From Bacillota bacterium (GTDB lineage Bacteria > Bacillota > Limnochordia > Darwinibacteriales > Darwinibacteriaceae), in NCBI GenBank assembly GCA_029776155.1, contig JAKOTU010000006.1, positions 3,102-35,101 on the forward strand: a stretch of 32,000 nt of DNA. The letters are read 5' to 3'. Under the pieces are notes generated by a model that saw only the letters and a list, made by a program, of their open reading frames with translations, had not been told where the DNA came from and ran no database searches. Positions 26,043 through 32,000 of this stretch are shown in pieces. The position numbers were made by a program, and so were the translations under genes. Position 1 is the stretch's first letter. Every line of letters begins with the position of its first letter.

Positions 26043-27551
26043 CTAACCGACAAACTCTTTCTTAAAGGCCACGATGGCCTTTTTCAGCTCTTCTTCAAGC
26101 TCCTCTGTGAACTTCTTCTCCGTGCGCAGCTTGGACATCAGCTCGGAGCGCTCCTTGCGCAAAAATTCGAGAAGTTCGCGCTCAAAGCGCACCACATCCT
26201 GGACAGCAATACTATCCAGGTAACCGTTGACTGCAACGTAAAGGGCCACGGCCTGCTCTTCCACGGGCATGGGTTTGTACTGTTCCTGCTTGAGCACCTC
26301 ATATAGGCGCTCGCCCCGGGCCAAGAGGGCCTGGGTCTGGCGGTCCAGATCAGAGCCGAACTGGGCAAAGGCAGCTAGCTCCCGGTACTGGGACAGCTCC
26401 AGGCGCAGTGTACCCGCGACCTTGCGCATCATGGGCACCTGGGCAGCGCCGCCGACCCGGGATACGGAGCGGCCTACGCTGATGGCCGGCCTGATACCCG
26501 CGTAGAACAGATCCGATTCCAGGTAAATCTGCCCGTCAGTAATGGAAATGACGTTGGTGGGGATATAGGCGGAAATATCCCCGGCCTGGGTCTCGATAAT
26601 GGGCAGCGCGGTGATGGAACCGCCCCCCAGCTTGTCATTGAGCTTGGCGGCCCGCTCCAAAAGGCGGGAGTGGATGTAGAAGATATCCCCTGGGAAGGCT
26701 TCCCGTCCCGGGGGCCTTCTCAGCAAAAGGGACATCTCCCGGTAAGCCGCGGCATGCTTGGAGAGATCATCGTAAACGATAAGCACGTCTCGGCCGGCGT
26801 ACATGAACTCCTCCGCCATGGCCACCCCCGCATAGGGTGCGATGTACAGCAGGGGCGACGGCTCACTGGCGGTGGCCGAAACCACAATGGTGTAGTCCAT
26901 GGCGCCGCGCTTGGTCAAGGTATCTACCACTGCCGCCACAGTAGAGGCCTTCTGCCCGATGGCCACATAAATGCAGATCACATCCTGGCCCTTTTGGTTG
27001 AGGATGGTATCTACCGCGATGGCGGTCTTGCCTGTCTGGCGGTCGCCGATAATCAGTTCCCGCTGCCCCCGGCCAATGGGCACCATGGAATCAATGGCCT
27101 TCAAGCCCGTCTGCAGGGGTTCTTTAACGCTCACCCGGTCCACTACTCCCGGCGCCTTAGCCTCAATGGGTCTAAACCGCTCGGTCTTGATGGGTCCCTT
27201 GCCGTCAATGGGCTGGCCCAGGGGGTTAACCACGCGGCCGATCATGGCTTCGCCCACGGGCACCTGTACAACCCGCTTGGTGCGCTTGACCGGGTCGCCC
27301 TCTTTAATGTGCTCGTAGGGGCCGAGGATAACCACGCCGATGTTGTCCTGCTCCAAGTTCAAAACCATGCCGTAGGTGCCCCCGGGGAACTCCAGGAGCT
27401 CTCCGGCCAGGGCCTTTTCCAATCCATAAACGCGGGCGATTCCGTCCCCCACCATGAGGACGGAACCCAGATCTTCCACCTGCAATTCGGTTTCGAACGC
27501 CTCGATCTGGCGCCTCAATATCGCTACGATCTCATCCGGTCGCATTGCCAT
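26043..27551 (-). CDS. atpA: F1 ATP synthase subunit alpha
   Basis: 502 aa. It has Walker A GDRQTGKT, plus [30 protein letters not shown] and ITDGQIYLE. Its SD, GGGGGA, lies 8 nt before the ATG, between the wecB stop codon and the atpA start. Confidence 0.97.
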   Translation of the reverse strand: MAMRPDEIVAILRRQIEAFETELQVEDLGSVLMVGDGIARVYGLEKALAGELLEFPGGTYGMVLNLEQDNIGVVILGPYEHIKEGDPVKRTKRVVQVPVGEAMIGRVVNPLGQPIDGKGPIKTERFRPIEAKAPGVVDRVSVKEPLQTGLKAIDSMVPIGRGQRELIIGDRQTGKTAIAVDTILNQKGQDVICIYVAIGQKASTVAAVVDTLTKRGAMDYTIVVSATASEPSPLLYIAPYAGVAMAEEFMYAGRDVLIVYDDLSKHAAAYREMSLLLRRPPGREAFPGDIFYIHSRLLERAAKLNDKLGGGSITALPIIETQAGDISAYIPTNVISITDGQIYLESDLFYAGIRPAISVGRSVSRVGGAAQVPMMRKVAGTLRLELSQYRELAAFAQFGSDLDRQTQALLARGERLYEVLKQEQYKPMPVEEQAVALYVAVNGYLDSIAVQDVVRFERELLEFLRKERSELMSKLRTEKKFTEELEEELKKAIVAFKKEFVG

Positions 27552-27568
27552 AGAGCTTATCCCCCATT

Positions 27569-28675
27569 TTACTTATATTTCTCCTGCAGTATCGCGCAGA
27601 TCCGCTGCGCGGCGGTCCCATCGCCGTAAGGGTTGGGCGCGCTGGACATGCGCTCATAAAGTTCCCCATCACTGAGCAGCTCCAAAACGGCTTGGACAAT
27701 GCTCTCCGGGCGGGAACCGACCAGCCTCACCGTTCCCGCTTCTAAAGCCTCGGGCCGCTCCGTAACCTCGCGCATGACCAAAACTGGTTTGTGTAAGGCA
27801 GGTGCTTCCTCCTGCAGCCCCCCAGAATCGGTGAGCAGCAGGGTGCAGCGGGCCAAAAGGTTGGCAAACTCCTTGTAGCCCGGGGCATCCACCAGGGTGA
27901 TCTTGGGATCAGAACCCAACAGCCCCTTCATCACTGCCTGAATATCCGGATTTTTGTGCATGGCCACCAGGATCTGCGCGCTGCTGCGGGCACTGATCTC
28001 CAAAAGCGCCTGGCAGATCCCAACCAGGGGTTCTCCCCAGTTTTCCCGGCGGTGGGCGGTGACCACGATCGTTGGCCGGCTGAAATCAAGCCTCTGCAGC
28101 TCGGGTGTGGTAAACTGGTAGCCTTCCTCCACCACCGAGAGCACGGCATCGATCACCGTATTGCCCGTGACAAAAATGCGTTCTGGATCTACCCCTTCCC
28201 TGAGCAGGTTCTGGGCGGCCCGCTCCGTGGGGGCAAAATACCAGGTAGCTAAAACGTCGATGAGCCTGCGATTTGCTTCTTCTGGAAAAGGGTTCTGCAC
28301 CGAAGGGGTGCGCAGCCCCGCTTCCACATGGCCCACAGGGATGCGCTCATGAAAAGAAGCCAAAGCCGCCGCAAAGGCGGTGCTGGTATCCCCGTGCACC
28401 AGCACTAAATCGGGGCGCCACTCGCGGAAAATCCCGGCCATACCCCCTAAAGTGCGCCGGGCAATATCGTTTAGGGTCTGGCCGTGGCTCATGATATTCA
28501 GATCGTAATCTGCCTTCAGGCTGAAGATCTCCAGGACCTGATCCACCATCTCCCGGTGCTGTCCCGTGATGATCACCCGCGTCTCCCACTGGGCAACTCC
28601 TTGGCAGGCCTTGACCAGGGGGGCCATTTTGATGGCCTCGGGCCTGGTTCCGAACACTATGGCGAGTTTAAGCAT
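27569..28675 (-). CDS. wecB: UDP-N-acetylglucosamine 2-epimerase (non-hydrolysing)
   Basis: 368 aa. It has [29 protein letters not shown] and [12 protein letters not shown] motifs. Confidence 0.9.
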   Translation of the reverse strand: MLKLAIVFGTRPEAIKMAPLVKACQGVAQWETRVIITGQHREMVDQVLEIFSLKADYDLNIMSHGQTLNDIARRTLGGMAGIFREWRPDLVLVHGDTSTAFAAALASFHERIPVGHVEAGLRTPSVQNPFPEEANRRLIDVLATWYFAPTERAAQNLLREGVDPERIFVTGNTVIDAVLSVVEEGYQFTTPELQRLDFSRPTIVVTAHRRENWGEPLVGICQALLEISARSSAQILVAMHKNPDIQAVMKGLLGSDPKITLVDAPGYKEFANLLARCTLLLTDSGGLQEEAPALHKPVLVMREVTERPEALEAGTVRLVGSRPESIVQAVLELLSDGELYERMSSAPNPYGDGTAAQRICAILQEKYK

Positions 28676-29705
28676 CCTTGTTTTCTCCTTTGTGTGATCC
28701 GAAGGGCTGGATCATGCCCACCCGTAGAGAACCATACCAGAAAACGAGCCCCAAGACCAGGGCCACCACCCAGGTGGTGCGGGAAAACTGGGCCGTGAGC
28801 ACGGAAATAGCGGCGGAAAGCCCGGTAATGAGGTAGGCTACGCCGGCGATCTGCCTCTGGGTAAAGCCCAGCTCCAACAAGCGGTGGTGGAAATGGGAGC
28901 GGTCGGCCTGGTAAAAGGGCACCCCTTTTTGCACCCGGCGGATCACCGCGCAGAGCAGATCGGTTACGGGAACGGCCAAGATCAAAATAGGCACAGAAAT
29001 ACTGATGGTGGCCGCACCCTTAAGGGCCCCTTCGGTGGAAATGGCCGCCAGGAGAAAGCCCAGCAGCATGGCGCCACCGTCGCCTAAATAGAGCTTGGCG
29101 GGGTTGAAGTTGTAAGGCAGAAAGCCCAGGGCAGCACCGGCGGTGATCACGGCGAGCAAGGCGGCGTCGAAACGCCCCAGGAGCACAGCCAGGAAGGCCA
29201 GCGCGGCCGCGGCGATAAAGCTGATGCCGGTGGTAAGCCCGTCAATGCCGTCGATGAAGTTCATAATGTTAATCAGGGTGAGCACCCAGAGCATGGTCAC
29301 TGGAATGGACAGCTTCCCTAAGTAAAACATGCCTCCGAAGGGGTTGCTCATAAACTCAATGCGCGGCCCCCACAGCACATAGAGGAGTACCACCGCGCAC
29401 TGGCCCGCAAACTTCACGCCCGCGGACAGCTGGAAACGGTCATCCAAGACGCCCAAGGCCAAAATGAACAGCGCGGTCAAGGCTGTTATGCCCAAATCGG
29501 GAAGGCCGCCCACCAAAGAGGCGGCTAAAAAGCCTCCGAAAATGGCCAACCCGCCCCCTGTGGGCATGGGAACCTTGTTGATCCGGCGGGGATTGGGCTC
29601 ATCCACGAGCCCCCATTTCCAAGCCGCTTTCCGGGCCAGGGGGCTGAGCGCCGCCGTTACACCCGCGGAAATGAAAAATGCTGAAACGAACTGAGTTATG
29701 TTCAT
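28668..29705 (-). CDS. Polyprenyl-phosphate GlcNAc-1-phosphate transferase (GT4, MraY/WecA/TagO family)
   Basis: ORF 28668..30008. I prefer the ATG at 29705, 5 nt after GGAGGAG and directly after the deaminase stop. The product is about 345 aa and multi-TM. It has KVPMPTGGGLAIF, LGVLDDRFQLS, NFIDGIDGL and the LGDGGAMLLGF motif. Confidence 0.8.
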   Translation of the reverse strand: MNITQFVSAFFISAGVTAALSPLARKAAWKWGLVDEPNPRRINKVPMPTGGGLAIFGGFLAASLVGGLPDLGITALTALFILALGVLDDRFQLSAGVKFAGQCAVVLLYVLWGPRIEFMSNPFGGMFYLGKLSIPVTMLWVLTLINIMNFIDGIDGLTTGISFIAAAALAFLAVLLGRFDAALLAVITAGAALGFLPYNFNPAKLYLGDGGAMLLGFLLAAISTEGALKGAATISISVPILILAVPVTDLLCAVIRRVQKGVPFYQADRSHFHHRLLELGFTQRQIAGVAYLITGLSAAISVLTAQFSRTTWVVALVLGLVFWYGSLRVGMIQPFGSHKGENKDA

Positions 29706-29707
29706 CC

Positions 29708-30190
29708 CTACTCCTCCCCCGCGCCGCGCCTTTCGATCTCCAGTCCGGCCTCGTTCATGAGCTCCAGAGCCAAGGCATCTGGATAGTCGCCCTGGAAGAC
29801 CACCCGCTTTACGCCAGCATTGATGAGCATCTTGGCGCATAAAATACAGGGCTGATGAGTGCAGTACAATGTGGCCCCGGCTGTACTCACCCCGTGCAGG
29901 GCCGCCTGGATAATGGCGTTTTGCTCCGCATGGGTTCCCCGGCACATTTCGTGCCGCTCGCCGGAAGGAATGTTCAGCTGATCCCGCAGGCAGCCCACAT
30001 CCAGGCAATGTGCAACTCCCCGGGGAGCCCCATTGTAGCCGGTGGCGATGATGTGTTTATCCCGCACCAGCACCGCTCCCACCTGCCGGCGCAGGCAGGT
30101 GGAGCGGGTGGACACCAAAACCGCGATGTCCATAAAGTATTGATCCCAGGAAGGCCTAGCCACGTGCCGCACCTCCGGCCCCGAAGTCAT
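29708..30190 (-). CDS. Deoxycytidylate (dCMP) deaminase, ComEB-type
   Basis: 160 aa. It has Zn-binding HAEQNAI and [19 protein letters not shown] (the HAE...PCxxC pattern). Confidence 0.9.
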   Translation of the reverse strand: MTSGPEVRHVARPSWDQYFMDIAVLVSTRSTCLRRQVGAVLVRDKHIIATGYNGAPRGVAHCLDVGCLRDQLNIPSGERHEMCRGTHAEQNAIIQAALHGVSTAGATLYCTHQPCILCAKMLINAGVKRVVFQGDYPDALALELMNEAGLEIERRGAGEE

Positions 30191-30816
30191 TTGGTGCCGA
30201 AGAGGCGATCGCCGGCATCGCCCAGTCCAGGGACTATGTAGCCGTGGTCATTGAGCCGCTCATCAATGGCGGCCGTGAAAATGTCCACATCTGGATGTTC
30301 CCTTTGCAGGAGCTCGATTCCTTCCGGCGCTGCCAAGAGGCACATGAACTTAATGGACGTCACTTTACGGTCCTTTACAAACTTAATGGCTGCGGCCGCA
30401 GAACCTCCCGTGGCCAGCATGGGATCGAGGATAATCACCTGGCGCTCCTCCACATCCACCGGGAGTTTGCAGTAGTACTCCACCGGCTGCAGGCTGTCCG
30501 GATCCCGGTACACACCGATATGGCCCACTTTGGCCGCGGGGATGAGCTTCAGCACCCCGTTCACCATGCCCAAGCCGGCCCGGAGGATGGGTACAATCCC
30601 CACCTGGCGCCCGGCGATCACTTTGCCTATCATGCTGCCCATGGGAGTTTCCACTTCCACTTCTTCCAAGGGCATGTCCCGGGTTACCTCATAGGCCATG
30701 AGCATAGACACTTCCTCTAAGAGGTCCCTAAAGTCCTTGGGCCCTGTGGACTTGTCCCGCAGAATGGTCAGCTTGTGCTGTACTAAAGGGTGAGTAATTA
30801 AGTGCACCCGACTCAC
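30187..30816 (-). CDS. upp: Uracil phosphoribosyltransferase
   Basis: 209 aa. It has [36 protein letters not shown] and [16 protein letters not shown]. Confidence 0.95.
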   Translation of the reverse strand: MSRVHLITHPLVQHKLTILRDKSTGPKDFRDLLEEVSMLMAYEVTRDMPLEEVEVETPMGSMIGKVIAGRQVGIVPILRAGLGMVNGVLKLIPAAKVGHIGVYRDPDSLQPVEYYCKLPVDVEERQVIILDPMLATGGSAAAAIKFVKDRKVTSIKFMCLLAAPEGIELLQREHPDVDIFTAAIDERLNDHGYIVPGLGDAGDRLFGTK

Positions 30817-30844
30817 TTGATCATCTCCTATCCTGATAAGGCCC

Positions 30845-31780
30845 TCAGCCTAGTGTTTCGATTTTATCCACCCTGGTCTTGTGCCTGCCTCCCAGGAAAC
30901 TTCCCTGCAGATAGGCCTGGATAATTTCGAGCATAAGCCCCATCCCCGTTACCCGTGCGCCAAGGCAGAGGATGTTGGCATCGTTGTGCTCCCTGGCCAT
31001 GCGGGCAGAAAAGGTGTCCCCGCAGAGCGCCGCCCGGATGCCCGGCACCTTGTTGGCAGCAATGGACATGCCGATGCCCGTACCGCAGATTAGAATACCC
31101 AAATCGCATTCGCCGCCGACTACGGCCTGGGCCACGGGTTTGGCGATATCGGGGTAATCACACGACTCTTCAGAGTGTGTGCCAAAATCCACAACCTGGA
31201 AACCCTGGGTGCGCAGATGCTCAATCACGGTCTGCTTGGCCTGGAAGCCGCCGTGATCAGCTCCCACGGCAATTCTCATGCTGTTGCCTCCTCTCCCCAT
31301 CCCCTGGGCTAAAAGAAGCTTAACCGCCGCATCAATTTCCTCCAGCGACTGGCGGTAAACCTCCAGCGACTGCCCATAGGGATCGCGTATCTCGAAATCT
31401 TTCTCCACTAAGTCCCCTTGTTCCTCCCCGCGCAGCAGGGTGTGTACATATTCCTTCAGCAGGAAGATTTTGCCTGCGTGCTCCGGCGCCAGCCGCAGCA
31501 GTTCTTCTTTGTGGCGGGCCGTCATAGCCAGCACCAGATCCGCCTCCGCCAGAAGTTGGGGATGCACCCGGCGGGAGCGGTGCCCCCGCGCGTCGATGCC
31601 CAGCTCTGCCAGGGCTTTCACCGCGTTTTCCGCGGCCGAATCGCCGGCGAAAGCGTGCAAACCTGCGGACTTAACCTCCAAGGCCGCTCCCGCTTCCCGG
31701 GCCCTATGCCTGAGCAGGTACTCCGCCATCACGCTGCGGCAGGTATTGCCTGTGCACACAAACAGAATGGACTTGCCCAT
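30845..31780 (-). CDS. rpiB: In-frame fusion: low-molecular-weight protein phosphatase (YwlE-type, CX5R) + ribose-5-phosphate isomerase B
   Basis: 311 aa. The N-terminal roughly 160 aa carry the P-loop VCTGNTCRS and DPYG. The C-terminal 144 aa begin [13 protein letters not shown] and contain [16 protein letters not shown] (RpiB/LacAB). The internal ATG at 31279 keeps its own SD, GGAGAGGAGG. Confidence 0.85.
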   Translation of the reverse strand: MGKSILFVCTGNTCRSVMAEYLLRHRAREAGAALEVKSAGLHAFAGDSAAENAVKALAELGIDARGHRSRRVHPQLLAEADLVLAMTARHKEELLRLAPEHAGKIFLLKEYVHTLLRGEEQGDLVEKDFEIRDPYGQSLEVYRQSLEEIDAAVKLLLAQGMGRGGNSMRIAVGADHGGFQAKQTVIEHLRTQGFQVVDFGTHSEESCDYPDIAKPVAQAVVGGECDLGILICGTGIGMSIAANKVPGIRAALCGDTFSARMAREHNDANILCLGARVTGMGLMLEIIQAYLQGSFLGGRHKTRVDKIETLG

Positions 31781-31798
31781 GCTTCCTCCCCGATCTCC

Positions 31799-32000
31799 TT
31801 ATGTTATGATCTCCCGGCCCTTGGCCGCCTTGCGCAGGCGGTTCATAATGGCCAGGCCCAGCCGCTCCTCGGGCACGCCCTCGGCAAAGAGCACCTCCAG
31901 GCCCAGTTCATCGGCGCGCCGCAACAGGTGGTACAGTCTGCTGGCTAGACCTGGAAGGTCCCCCTCTGGTCCCATGGAAAGCACGGTAAGCCCGGGATAA
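31799..32000 (-). CDS. L-threonylcarbamoyladenylate synthase (Sua5/YwlC) C-terminal end, truncated by window edge
   Basis: The frame is open to position 32000. LYHLLRRADELGLEVLFAEGVPEERLGLAIMNRLRKAA resembles the Sua5 C-terminal domain. The position upstream of ywlE/rpiB matches B. subtilis ywlC synteny. Confidence 0.6.
   Translation of the reverse strand, partial: YPGLTVLSMGPEGDLPGLASRLYHLLRRADELGLEVLFAEGVPEERLGLAIMNRLRKAAKGREIIT

Noticed and set aside
29706-30008. N-terminal 101-aa extension of the GT4 transferase ORF (28668..30008).
   Set aside because: The extension overlaps the dCMP deaminase gene out of frame and is Arg/Gly-rich junk. The ATG at 29705 has a GGAGGAG SD and yields a normal MraY/WecA-like N-terminus.

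Overview
This is a GC-rich 32-kb window. Every credible gene lies on the minus strand: 33 CDS, one of them partial. I found no rRNA or tRNA genes, CRISPR arrays, transposases or integrases. All long plus-strand ORFs look like antisense shadows. In transcription direction (high to low coordinates) the order is: sua5/tsaC (partial), ywlE::rpiB in-frame fusion, upp, dCMP deaminase, GT4 tagO/wecA-like, wecB/mnaA, atpA-atpG-atpD-atpC (no Fo or delta genes), terminator; spoIIQ-like degenerate LytM protein behind a forespore-type promoter; spoIIID-mbl, terminator; flgF-flgG-flgA-flgH-flgI-flgJ(rod-binding), terminator; phosphodiester glycosidase, S55 (SpoIVB-type) peptidase, bamA, terminator; two Skp/OmpH-like genes; small beta-barrel OMP, lptF/G, lptD, lptC, lptA; an orphan ABC pair, then lpxB and lptB. 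The right half keeps the classical Firmicute ywl-upp-atp ... spoIIID-mbl-flhO-flhP synteny. The left half is an LPS/outer-membrane biogenesis cluster. Together they point to a diderm, LPS-bearing, endospore-lineage Firmicute (Limnochordia, Negativicutes or Halanaerobiales type); this is inference, not a search result. The best candidate for something undescribed is the ABC pair at 2063..4968. It encodes a 707-aa protein with MacB/FtsX-like 4-TM topology and a roughly 530-aa extracytoplasmic domain. That protein ends in a type-I-importer EAA coupling motif and is paired with a GlnQ-type ATPase, and the pair sits between lptA and lpxB. Other notable points: an F1-only atp block fused to envelope-sugar genes; flgF apparently starting at ATA; a catalytically dead SpoIIQ-like protein behind a sigma-G consensus promoter; an S55 peptidase and glycosidase in the bamA unit; a FlgH without a canonical lipobox. 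All family calls come from motif recognition by eye; no database search was run.
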